This document shows positions 1 to 8,302 of a DNA stretch of 38,438 nucleotides, in pieces. The notes beneath the pieces are model-generated. The model had not been told where the DNA came from. It did not search any database and was given only the letters and a program-made list of their open reading frames with translations. This DNA comes from Opitutales bacterium (lineage in GTDB: Bacteria > Verrucomicrobiota > Verrucomicrobiia > Opitutales > Opitutaceae), in assembly GCA_021772595.1 (NCBI GenBank), contig JAJFLS010000378.1, positions 1 through 38,438 of the forward strand. The letters run 5' to 3'. Positions within the stretch are counted from its first letter, which is position 1. Each line of letters begins with the position of its first letter. A program made the position numbers and the translations under genes.

Positions 1-931
1 TTCCGCCTGAACAGAGATAGAGGGCCGCCATGCGAGTGGCCAGGCCGTTGGTGACTTGCTCGAGGATGACGGACTGCGTCGAGTCTGCCAGCTCCGAGTC
101 GATTTCCACGCCGCGGTTGATGGGGCCGGGGTGCATGATGATCGCGTTTTCCTTGAGCCAGGAGAGCCGGGTTTTGTTGAGGCCGAACATTCTCGTGTAT
201 TCGTTGAGGGAGGGGAAAGCGGCTGCGTTTTGGCGTTCATGCTGTATCCGCAGGAGCATCACCGCGTCTTTGTCGGCGAGGGCTGATTGGAGGTCGTGCG
301 ACACGGTCACGCCCAGCTGTTCGAATTCGTGGGGAACGAGGGTGGAGGGACCAACGAGCGTGACCTGGGCTCCGAGCTTGGTCATGGCCCAGATATTCGA
401 GCGGGCGACGCGGCTGTAGAGGATGTCTCCGAGAATGGCTATTTTGAGGCCTTCGAGGCTTCCGAATTTCTCGCGGAGGGTGAAGCAGTCGAGGAGCGCC
501 TGGGTTGGGTGCTCGTGGGCGCCGTCTCCCGCGTTGAGGACGGGGATGTCGAGAATTTTGGCGATGTAGGCGGCGGATCCTGGCGCGGAGTGGCGAATGA
601 CGACTATGTCGGCGGCGAGGGCGCGGATGGTCTGGACCGTGTCGCGGAGCGTTTCCCCTTTCGTGGTGCTGCTCGTTTTCATGTCGAGCGACATGACGTC
701 CGCGCTGAGCTTAGTCGCCGCCATTTCGAAGGCGACCCGCGTGCGGGTGCTGTTTTCGAAGAAGAGGTTGACGACGGTTTTGCCGCGGAGAGCGGGCGTT
801 TTAGTGGTCTTTCGATCGAGGATTTTCTTAAACGCCTCAGCTGTTTTGAACAGGGTTAAGATCTCTTCTGGCGAGAGTTCTTCGATCGATATCAGGTCTT
901 TGCGAATCCAAGGCATACCTGAAGTGGCCAT
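1..931 (-). CDS. pyrB: Aspartate carbamoyltransferase catalytic subunit (3' end runs off the window; start ATG 931 or 916)
   Basis: Not in the ORF track. Manual minus-strand translation gives MATSGMPWIRKDLISIEELS...FFENSTRTRVAFE...KGETLRDT...NAGDGAHEHPTQALLD...GDILYSRVARS...IMHPGPINRGVE...QVTNGLATRMAAL, which contains the ATCase STRT, HPTQ and HPGP motifs. Lies directly downstream of pyrR. Confidence 0.97.
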   Translation of the reverse strand, partial: MATSGMPWIRKDLISIEELSPEEILTLFKTAEAFKKILDRKTTKTPALRGKTVVNLFFENSTRTRVAFEMAATKLSADVMSLDMKTSSTTKGETLRDTVQTIRALAADIVVIRHSAPGSAAYIAKILDIPVLNAGDGAHEHPTQALLDCFTLREKFGSLEGLKIAILGDILYSRVARSNIWAMTKLGAQVTLVGPSTLVPHEFEQLGVTVSHDLQSALADKDAVMLLRIQHERQNAAAFPSLNEYTRMFGLNKTRLSWLKENAIIMHPGPINRGVEIDSELADSTQSVILEQVTNGLATRMAALYLCSGG

Positions 932-937
932 CCAGCG

Positions 938-1474
938 CTAAGCCGAGAGAATGTCAACATGCGACTTGTCGGGTCTGTTTGGGTATAGGTGGGCTTCCAC
1001 CTTTTCGGAGCGTGTTGTGGGCTCGGTGATGCCGACGTAATTCGCTTGAATGGGGAGGCGCCGGTTGCCGCGGTCGACTAGGGTCGCGAGCTCGATTCTG
1101 TGGGGGCGTCCAATGGTGTGGACTTCGGCGAGGGCGGCCCGAACGCTGCGGCCGGAGAAGAGGACGTCATCGACGAGGATGATGGTGGATTCTTCGGGAT
1201 CGTGGGCGATTTGGGTGGACTCGACTTCCTTGGCGATGGGATTGACGCCGATGTCGTCCCGGTGGAAGGAGATGTCGATGACCGCGGCGTGGGCTTGGAT
1301 GCCATGCTTGGCGTCGAGCGCGTCGCAGAGCATTTCGGAGAAAGGGATGCCTCCGTTGGCGATAGCGGCTAGGACGAGGTTGCTAGTCGAGGCGTGGGCG
1401 GTGGCGATTTCCGCGGCGACGGACTCGATGGCGCTGTTGATTTCGTCTGAGGAGATGGACTTTCTAATCGGCAC
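938..1474 (-). CDS. pyrR: Pyrimidine regulatory protein / uracil phosphoribosyltransferase PyrR
   Basis: Motifs DISFHRDD, PRPP-binding IILVDDVLFSGRSVRAA and LVDRGNRRLPIQANYVG; adjacent to pyrB. Confidence 0.93.
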   Translation of the reverse strand: MPIRKSISSDEINSAIESVAAEIATAHASTSNLVLAAIANGGIPFSEMLCDALDAKHGIQAHAAVIDISFHRDDIGVNPIAKEVESTQIAHDPEESTIILVDDVLFSGRSVRAALAEVHTIGRPHRIELATLVDRGNRRLPIQANYVGITEPTTRSEKVEAHLYPNRPDKSHVDILSA

Positions 1475-1590
1475 CCACCATTCATTGGCTGGCTAATCGA
1501 GCGAGGTAAAGAAAAACGATGTTCGGAGTTTCTTAATGGGCTGTTGGGCAGGCTGTTTGAAACTGAACAAAAAATTTACACAAATGCTCA

Positions 1591-1618
1591 TAGACAGGGG
1601 AGGTGTTTTAACCATGAT
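1591..1618 (+). promoter_or_regulatory. Putative sigma70 promoter for the cold-shock gene
   Basis: TAGACA (1591-1596), 16-nt spacer, CATGAT (1613-1618), preceded by an A-tract (1568-1574) and followed by a structured leader. Confidence 0.45.
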
Positions 1619-1695
1619 GGCGCCCAATATCTCCGTTGGGCGCTAATTGCCCGGTGGGGCGATCATTAAAAACACAGAAAACACCAAGACAAAAG

Positions 1696-1890
1696 ATGGC
1701 AAAAGGAACAGTAAAATGGTTTAACGATGAGAAGGGCTACGGCTTCATTCAACAGAATGATGGCGGCAACGACTTATTCGTTCATCATTCCGAGACAGAT
1801 GGATCAGCCCTAAATGAAGGCGATCCCGTAGAATATGAAATTGGAGAAGGTAAAAAAGGACCTTGCGCCACGAATGTTAAGAAAGCCTAA
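1696..1890 (+). CDS. Cold-shock protein (CspA family), 64 aa
   Basis: MAKGTVKWFNDEKGYGFI (RNP1) ... DLFVHHS (RNP2) ... KGPCATNV. The true start is ATG 1696, not the track's 1636. Confidence 0.97.
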   Translation: MAKGTVKWFNDEKGYGFIQQNDGGNDLFVHHSETDGSALNEGDPVEYEIGEGKKGPCATNVKKA

Positions 1891-1977
1891 CGATCTGCGT
1901 TAGCGGATTTCAGACTTTCGTGCAGATCCAACCTCGCTCTAGGCGAGCGATCTGCGAATAAGAATTTTATATCTATT

Positions 1978-2009
1978 AAGGAGGAACTTCGGTTCCTCCT
2001 TTTTTTTTT
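1978..2009 (+). terminator. Rho-independent terminator of the csp gene
   Basis: AAGGAGGAAC-TTCG-GTTCCTCCTT stem with a C(UUCG)G tetraloop, followed by a T run to 2009. Confidence 0.92.
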
Positions 2010-2043
2010 GGCAATGTCGGGTTTCTTTAGTGAAACCCATCGA

Positions 2044-2178
2044 TGTAGGAGCCTGCTTGCCCGTTCGAGAACCTTAGGGCCATGAGCGTGTCGAATGGCA
2101 GGTGATCTTTTGCGTTGATCCGGCGGGAATATCGCCTGCAAGCCGCCGACAGGTCGGGGTCAATGACAGGCTCCTACA
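2044..2178. repeat. REP doublet (family A, GTAGGAGCCTGCTTGCAGGCGA) with both arms interrupted by inserted palindromes
   Basis: tgtaggagcctgcttgc[39 nt]aggtgat ... atcgcctgcaagc[24 nt]aggctcctaca, compared with intact copies at 6681, 12269 and 21532. Confidence 0.8.
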
Positions 2179-4537
2179 TGGGAGAGGGCTTAGGTTTCGC
2201 GGTTTGGGCGCACCAGCGTTCGAGGTCTGTGTCTTCAAAGATGTAGTCGAAATCCCGGTATTGGGACGAAAGGAGCGTTTGGGTTCTTTTTTCGGCGAAG
2301 CGTTGGCAGTGGAGGAGCACTTTGACTTTTTGGCCGGGCGCGCGGACGAGGCGACCAAGGGCTTGATTCACTTTCTGGATACCGGGCTGGAGGTAAGCGC
2401 GTTCGAATCCGTTGAGCCCTTTGCTGTCGTAGTAGTCTCGCTTCGCCTGCTGGATGGGGTTCACTTCCGGGAGGGCAGGACTGACGACCATGGCCGCTTG
2501 AATTCTGCCGCCGATCAGATCAATGCCTTCGGCGAAACTCGATCCGAGAACGAGGAAGACGATGTCGTGAAAGCGGATCGCGTCGTCGATGAAGTCGGCC
2601 CGTTCGGCGAGCGTTTCGCTTCCGCCGCGCTCTTGCATTGCGACTCGATAGAAGGGGAAGTTCTGCTCTACGGTCTCCCGCATTTTATCGGCGTAGGCGA
2701 AGGACGGGAAGAAAACGACGACGGGCGCGAACTGCTCGGTGAGCGTGGAGATTGTCGATGCGGTGACGCTGGCGGAGGTTTTGCGTTGCTTCATCCGGGT
2801 ATCGGCTCGTGTGTCGATCGCAATATCGTAGACGCCGTCCAACCAGGGGGCGGGAGGGGTGACGCGATGGGGTGGGGGGAGCCGATCACTCAGGCCGCAT
2901 TGCTCCAGGAAGCCGTCGAAGATCGGGAAGGTGGCGGAGAGGAAAAGGCATTCCTTGAACGGGGCGAGCATGTCTCCGATGGCTTGGGCTGGATCGATGC
3001 AGGTGATTCTGATTTGGCCGTTTCTGGGAACCCAAGCGATGAAGCGTTCCGCGGATTCCTTCAGCACTGCAGTTCCCGAAGAGAGCGACCAGAGCGTTTC
3101 TAGAGGCTCGGGCATCATCTCTTCGTACGGTAAGGCTTCGCCGGATACGGTGGTTATGAAGGATGACAGGAGTTCCGCTAGATCGTCGAGTTGACCGAGG
3201 CTGAGCACGTCTCCTTTCGTATAGGCGACGCATTCCGATAGGATGCTTGAAATCAGATTTCGAATACGTCGACTGGCTCCGATTTCAGCGAGCTCTTCGA
3301 GCAGCGCGTTCAGGGCGAGCGCGTTGAGTTCCTTGCTTTGATTAGACTCGACGCGAGAGGGAAGGTTGTGGGCTTCGTCGATGATGAGAAAGGAACGGCT
3401 GGGATCGAAATCGGTTTGCTCGGAAAGCAGGCGGGCGCTTTTGGAGGAGAATAGGTAATTGTAGTCTCCGATCCAGATGTCTCGATATCCAAGCGCGGTC
3501 CGCATTGTTTCGTAGGGACAGATTTGGGCGGCGGCGCTTTGTTCTTTTAGCGTTTCGATGGGAATGGGTTGTTGCGAAAACAGGAAGTGTCGGTCGAGCC
3601 CGGAGCGTTTCCATTTTTCGTCGAGATCGACGATGTAGGAGCAGACGCGGGGCGAGCAGCGAAACTCGGAATTGACGCAGTGTTCGGCCTTGTTTCGGAT
3701 TTGCCAGTAGGACGCGGCGGAGTGGTCGCCGAGCAGCGCTTCCAAACGCTGGGTGGCTTCGAGTTGTCCGGTGGCTTTGCTGGTGAGGTAGACGATGCGG
3801 TCGACTTGTCCTGTGGCTAGGCGTTGCAGGCCGATTTCCCAGGCGACTCCGGTTTTACCATATCCGGTCGGCGCTTCGAGGCAGACGATTGGTGAGGTTT
3901 CGAACGCGGCTTTGAGATCGGCTTGAACGGTCTCCTGGCCGGGGCGTGGCGTTTCGTAGGCGGGCTTGAACTGCAGCGAACGCAGCCGGGCAAGCCGTGC
4001 GCTTTTCCGGTCGAGGTAGCTGGCCAGAAGGTCGAGATGCTCGACGATAAGCGGGTCGAAACGACCGTCCAGCGGCACGCTCTGGGTGATTCCGGAGGCG
4101 AGCTCGACGAGGTAGAGCTCGAGATCGATATTCTCCGCGATTTCGTTTCGGGTCCGAATAAGCAATTCCCGATAGGCGAGGAGCTGGAGGCAGTAGCTTT
4201 TGTAGCGGGAGCCGATTTCGTTGGGATCGATCGGCAGGGGGCTGGTGACCGTTTTTATTTCGCGAACTCGGATGTTGCCGGGCTCGTCACGGATTTGGTC
4301 GATACGGCCGGAGATGCGGAGAGTCCAGCCGCTCCAGAGGATGTCGCCGCTGATTGACTGTTCGTTGGTGAGGCCTTCCTGAGGGGCATTTTCCTGGATG
4401 GCCTGGTGCCATTGCTGTCCGGCTTGGGCCCGCCAATTGCCGATCCCGAGCGAATCGGTTCGTTGGGAGTACGGGGAGAATCGCGCGAACTCGCCCACGC
4501 TTAACGTGACTAGCCGGAGTTTCGCATCGATTTCCAT
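2174..4537 (-). CDS. DinG/XPD (Rad3)-family Fe-S DNA helicase with an N-terminal PD-(D/E)XK nuclease domain, about 787 aa
   Basis: N-terminal GRID...REIKT...QLLAY (RecB/Cas4-like nuclease); Q motif RPGQ; Walker A EAPTGYGKT; four Cys (HCV, RCS, VCS, ICPYE); DEAH; SAT; FFPSF; FAEGID; QALGRLVR. Start taken at ATG 4537. Confidence 0.88.
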   Translation of the reverse strand: MEIDAKLRLVTLSVGEFARFSPYSQRTDSLGIGNWRAQAGQQWHQAIQENAPQEGLTNEQSISGDILWSGWTLRISGRIDQIRDEPGNIRVREIKTVTSPLPIDPNEIGSRYKSYCLQLLAYRELLIRTRNEIAENIDLELYLVELASGITQSVPLDGRFDPLIVEHLDLLASYLDRKSARLARLRSLQFKPAYETPRPGQETVQADLKAAFETSPIVCLEAPTGYGKTGVAWEIGLQRLATGQVDRIVYLTSKATGQLEATQRLEALLGDHSAASYWQIRNKAEHCVNSEFRCSPRVCSYIVDLDEKWKRSGLDRHFLFSQQPIPIETLKEQSAAAQICPYETMRTALGYRDIWIGDYNYLFSSKSARLLSEQTDFDPSRSFLIIDEAHNLPSRVESNQSKELNALALNALLEELAEIGASRRIRNLISSILSECVAYTKGDVLSLGQLDDLAELLSSFITTVSGEALPYEEMMPEPLETLWSLSSGTAVLKESAERFIAWVPRNGQIRITCIDPAQAIGDMLAPFKECLFLSATFPIFDGFLEQCGLSDRLPPPHRVTPPAPWLDGVYDIAIDTRADTRMKQRKTSASVTASTISTLTEQFAPVVVFFPSFAYADKMRETVEQNFPFYRVAMQERGGSETLAERADFIDDAIRFHDIVFLVLGSSFAEGIDLIGGRIQAAMVVSPALPEVNPIQQAKRDYYDSKGLNGFERAYLQPGIQKVNQALGRLVRAPGQKVKVLLHCQRFAEKRTQTLLSSQYRDFDYIFEDTDLERWCAQTAKPKPSPM

Positions 4538-4651
4538 TGGCGGAACGCTGCGCGCTTGAAGGATCGATATCAAGCTCGGTCAGGAGAATCGCCGGCTTCG
4601 AGGCCCCGGCCCGACTCCCGCGGCAGGCCCGAGAAAAAGCCGCCAATCGCT

Positions 4652-4695
4652 CCACGACCGTTTAAATTACAACGTTGTAAATTAAACGGTCGTGG
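4652..4695. repeat. 44-bp near-perfect spacer-less palindrome between divergent genes
   Basis: CCACGACCGTTTAAATTACAAC|GTTGTAAATTAAACGGTCGTGG: 22-bp arms with one mismatch. Confidence 0.9.
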
Positions 4696-4840
4696 CTTGG
4701 TCTTTGCCTGTGGAAGCGGATGGTGTTGGACACGGCTCGGGTAGGAGTTGGGAAACGGCGGGAGTTGCGACTTCGGTCGGAAAAGGGCTGGCCTTGAACC
4801 GCTTAATATAGAAGCTCGTCAGTCGAATAGTACTATTAGT

Positions 4841-5338
4841 ATGAAATTCGTTGCCCTAGCCTCATTGCTCGCGCTTTTCGCCGTTTCGGAGACGCGGGCG
4901 GATTATAGCGAGACTCTTTTGAAGGGATTGCAGGGCGTCGGGCTGAAAATCCGCCCGATGAGCATCCGGTCGGACGCCTTCGTTCTGGATGAAACGGCGC
5001 TTGAGGAGCATGTCCTTCAGAAGTTGGAGGAGCTACATTTGCGCCTGCTTACCGAGGAGGAGGTCGCGGTGATGCCGGGACAGCCATTTTTAGAAGTGGT
5101 GATCAACATCGCTCATGCCCAGGGGCCGAGCCATATTTATTCGGTGTCATTGGAGTTGCGGGAAATGGCGGAACTAGAGCGTCCCAAAGACAGCATCGTG
5201 ACGATCGCGGCGAGTACTTGGAAGCGCGAGTCGCTCGGGATCGCGAATCGGCCCGAAGCGATCATTGTAATCGTTGATCGCCTGCTTCACTTGTTTTCCG
5301 ACGAGCTTCACAAGGCGAACGTTTCCGAATCGCAGTGA
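4841..5338 (+). CDS. Uncharacterised exported protein, 165 aa
   Basis: ATG 4841 gives the signal peptide MKFVALASLLALFAVSETRA|D followed by a globular alpha/beta-like sequence. No family recognised. Confidence 0.7.
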   Translation: MKFVALASLLALFAVSETRADYSETLLKGLQGVGLKIRPMSIRSDAFVLDETALEEHVLQKLEELHLRLLTEEEVAVMPGQPFLEVVINIAHAQGPSHIYSVSLELREMAELERPKDSIVTIAASTWKRESLGIANRPEAIIVIVDRLLHLFSDELHKANVSESQ

Positions 5339-5344
5339 GAAACG

Positions 5345-5420
5345 GTTGGGCTGACTATCCTTAGTCAGCCGCGAAATTGGGGACAACCGTTGTCGGCTGA
5401 CTAGAGATAGTCCGCCCTAC
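5345..5420. repeat. REP doublet (family C variant, GTAGGGCGGACTATCTCTAGTCAGCCG)
   Basis: gttgggctgactatccttagtcagccg (5345-5371) is inverted against cggctgactagagatagtccgccctac (5394-5420); each arm is itself palindromic. Confidence 0.8.
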
Positions 5421-5488
5421 GTTGCTGCGGTGAAAAATGAGGCTCCGCGCTTGATCTCGCTCGAAGAACTTTCCAATCTGCTGCGCTT

Positions 5489-6632
5489 ATGATCAAGTCA
5501 GAGACGAAAGCCTTGCACAATGAGATAGAAAAGCGCGCGGGATACCTATGGAGGTATCTTTGACGTCGATGGCAAACGCGACGAGATCGCAGCTTTAGAT
5601 GAGAAGATGGTTGCGGAAGGTTTTTGGAATGACCAGAAAGCAGCCCAGGCCATTATTGGAGAAGCGAACATGCTCAAGCGGGTCGTCAACGGACTGGCCC
5701 AATTCAAGTCTAAGGTCGACGACGCCCGAGCGATGGAGGAGTTGCTGGAGGAGGAAGAGGTCGACGAAAATTCCGATGAAGCGGTCGAACTCCACGAGGC
5801 GGCGGAAACCTTGAAGGGCGAACTCGACGACCTCGAAATCCAGTGCTACCTGAAGGGCGCACACGACCACTGCAACGCCATCCTAAGCGTGAACGCGGGA
5901 GCGGGCGGAACGGAATCATGCGATTGGGCGGACATGCTTTTCCGCATGTACACTCGCTGGGCGGAACGGCGCGGCTTCAAGTGCGAGATCATCGACATTC
6001 TTCCGGGCGAAGAAGCGGGTCTCTCGAAAGTGACGTTGCGGATCGAAGGGCCTAACGCCTTCGGTTACGCCAACGCCGAGCGAGGCGTGCACCGACTGGT
6101 GCGGATCAGCCCCTTCGACTCCAATGCGCGCCGCCACACCTCCTTTTGCGCGGTGGATGTTGTCGCGGAAATCGAGGACGACGTTGAGATCGAACTCGAC
6201 GACAAGGACCTGCGCGAAGACACCTATCGGGCGAGCGGCAAAGGCGGTCAGCATGTCAACAAGACGGACTCCGCCGTGCGTTTGACTCACCTCCCAACGG
6301 GCGTGGTCGCCGCTTGCCAGACGGAGCGGTCACAGCACAAGAATCGCGCGACCGCCATGAAGATGCTGAAAGCGCGCCTCTACGAAAAACAAGAGGACGA
6401 GAAGCGCTCGGAGATGGAGAAGGTGTACGGCGAAAAAGGGGAAATCGGCTGGGGCAATCAGATCCGAAGCTACGTCTTCCAGCCCTATCAGATGGTTAAA
6501 GATCTGCGCACCGGGGTGGATACGGGAAACATCCAAATCGTAATGGACGGCGATATCGACATGTTCATCAACGCCTGGCTCCGCGCCGGCTCACCACGCC
6601 ACCGCAACAAGGAAATCCAGATGGATGATTGA
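5489..6632 (+). CDS. prfB: Peptide chain release factor 2, translated via a programmed +1 frameshift (24 + 356 = 380 aa)
   Basis: Frame 1 reads [27 protein letters not shown]. The +1 frame continues [22 protein letters not shown]... and contains the SPF (ISPFD) and GGQ motifs. Confidence 0.97.
5550..5564 (+). promoter_or_regulatory. RF2 autoregulatory frameshift site
   Basis: GGAGG-TAT-CTT-TGA-C: internal Shine-Dalgarno 3 nt upstream of the canonical CTT TGA C slippery stop. Confidence 0.96.
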
Positions 6633-6680
6633 TGGAGCGGGAACAACAGTGTCGTATGGTGAGGCGTAAATCAGCTGAGC

Positions 6681-6753
6681 GTAGGAGCCTACTTGCAGGC
6701 GCTTCTCCTCTGGTATGCGAGCATTTGAAAATCGCCTGCAAGCAGGCTCCTAC
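6681..6753. repeat. REP doublet (family A)
   Basis: gtaggagcctacttgcaggcg ... tcgcctgcaagcaggctcctac. Confidence 0.9.
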
Positions 6754-6764
6754 ATTATAGAGCG

Positions 6765-8165
6765 ATGGATTTTAAAGATCTACAGGAAGCGTTCGCGCGT
6801 CAGGAGTTGTTCGAAGGGAAGACCTGGCGGACTTCTCCGGAACCGTGGCCGCTCCCTGCGGAAATCGTGGAGAAACTGCAGCAGATCGGTCAAGCGAGTC
6901 TGGATTTCTACAAGGCGCTCGAAGTGCTGTATTCACGATCCGCCGACGGGAAGAAGCTGCTCCGCAACAAGGAAGTCTATGCGCCTTGGGTGGCGGAGTA
7001 TTTGGATCGGGGGAAGCCGAGCGAGCTGGTTGCCATCAGTCGAAGCAAGGCCTGCAAGGGGCGCATCCCGCCGGTTATTCGTCCCGATCTTCTGGTTACA
7101 CAAGATGGATTCTCGATCACGGAACTCGATTCGGTGCCTGGAGGGATTGGGCTGACGGCGTACTTAAATGCTCTTTACGCGAAGACTTCGGAGCATCCGA
7201 TGCTCGGCGAGGACGGAGCCATGGAAAACGCGTTTTATCGGCGCTTGGCGTCATTGGCCCCAGAGAAGGACCATCCGGTAATCGCGATCGTGGTCAGCGA
7301 GGAGTCGGCTACCTACAAGCCGGAAATGGATTGGCTGGCGGAGCAACTCCAGTTGAAGGGGCTTCGGGTTTTCAGTTTGTGGACGGATCAGGTATTTCCG
7401 CTCGGGAGCGGTCTCTATTTCGATATCGACGGCAATCCCGAGAAAATCGACGTGGTGTATCGCTTTTTCGAACTGTTCGATTTGGCGAATATCAAGACCT
7501 CCCAATTTATCATCGAGGCCTGGGAGAACGGGGAGATCGCGCTGGACCCGCCCTTGCGGCCCTTTTTCGAAGAAAAGGCGGCGATGGCCCTTTATCACCA
7601 TCACTTGCTTCGCGAGTTCTGGGAGGAGAGCGTTCCGAAAAAATCCCGAAAGACGCTCGACAAGCTGATCCCGAAATCCTGGATAGTCGACCCGGCTCCG
7701 CTTCCGCCTGGAGCGGTTATCGACGGGCCGCTCGCTCAAGGCAGGCAACTGCACAGTTGGATGGATCTCGCGGAAGCGAGCCAGAAGGAGCGTAACCTGG
7801 TTTTGAAGATTTCCGGATTCCACGAGACCGCCTGGGGTTCCCGGAGCGTGGTGATCGGAAACGACGTTTCCCGGGACGACTGGTCCGAGAGCCTGAAGGA
7901 AGCCAGCTCCATGTCGGATACCCATCTGCATGTGATTCAAGAGTTTCGCAAATCGATTCGACTGAAGCATCCTCTGTACTCGGCGGAAGGCGAAGTCTAC
8001 GAGGCGTCGGGTCGGCTCAGGCTGAACCCCTACTATTTTGTCAATGGAGACACCGTCGAGCTGGCTGGGGCCCTGGCGACCTTTTGCCCACCGGACAAGA
8101 AGATCATCCACGGAATGGAAGACGCCGCGATGCTGCCCTGCTGCGTGGTGCCGGCGAAGGATTAG
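6765..8165 (+). CDS. Glutathionylspermidine-synthetase-like (circularly permuted) ATP-grasp amide ligase, substrate unknown
   Basis: The RxD...ExD/N motif (IRPDLLVTQDGFSITELDSVPGG) precedes EEK, LVLK...GSRSVVIG, VIQEF and RLRLNPYYF, the motif order typical of permuted ATP-grasp ligases. Confidence 0.62.
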   Translation: MDFKDLQEAFARQELFEGKTWRTSPEPWPLPAEIVEKLQQIGQASLDFYKALEVLYSRSADGKKLLRNKEVYAPWVAEYLDRGKPSELVAISRSKACKGRIPPVIRPDLLVTQDGFSITELDSVPGGIGLTAYLNALYAKTSEHPMLGEDGAMENAFYRRLASLAPEKDHPVIAIVVSEESATYKPEMDWLAEQLQLKGLRVFSLWTDQVFPLGSGLYFDIDGNPEKIDVVYRFFELFDLANIKTSQFIIEAWENGEIALDPPLRPFFEEKAAMALYHHHLLREFWEESVPKKSRKTLDKLIPKSWIVDPAPLPPGAVIDGPLAQGRQLHSWMDLAEASQKERNLVLKISGFHETAWGSRSVVIGNDVSRDDWSESLKEASSMSDTHLHVIQEFRKSIRLKHPLYSAEGEVYEASGRLRLNPYYFVNGDTVELAGALATFCPPDKKIIHGMEDAAMLPCCVVPAKD

Positions 8166-8169
8166 GGCT

Positions 8170-8302
8170 TTTCCCACACCGGGTTCCCGGTGTAGCTACG
8201 GCGGGCCGCATTGAGAAAACTCGGACCGCCTGGCAGTCGGGCCCTACCTTTTGAGAATAAATGTAGGAACTTATCCCCAGGTTATTCTTCGACTTATTCA
8301 CA
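8170..8302. promoter_or_regulatory. Cluster of DnaA-box-like 9-mers upstream of smc
   Basis: TTATTCACA (8294-8302, fits TTWTNCACA), TTATCCCCA (8271-8279), minus-strand TTATTCTCA (8252-8260) and TTTCCCACA (8170-8178). Confidence 0.5.
8222..8248 (-). repeat. Solo GTAG-type REP (GGTAGGGCCCGACTGCCAGGCGGTCCG)
   Basis: GTAG head followed by an internal palindrome (gactgcc/ggcggtc). Confidence 0.6.

Noticed and set aside
30-1496. Plus-strand ORFs of 76-190 aa over the pyr genes
   Set aside because: Antisense shadows of pyrB and pyrR with no recognisable motifs.
1494-1516. AATCGAGCGAGGTAAAGAAA resembles a PyrR RNA-binding loop (ARUCCNGNGAGGYU)
   Set aside because: It is on the strand opposite to pyrR-pyrB transcription, the match is imperfect, and no attenuator terminator is evident.
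2174-4537. CasDinG / type IV CRISPR or Cas4 interpretation of the nuclease-helicase
   Set aside because: No cas genes or repeat-spacer array in the window, and the neighbours are housekeeping genes.
6845-8177. Long alternative-frame ORFs (316 aa plus strand, 308 aa minus strand) over the ATP-grasp gene
   Set aside because: Arg/Gly/Ser-rich or motif-less translations, as expected from GC-rich codon bias.
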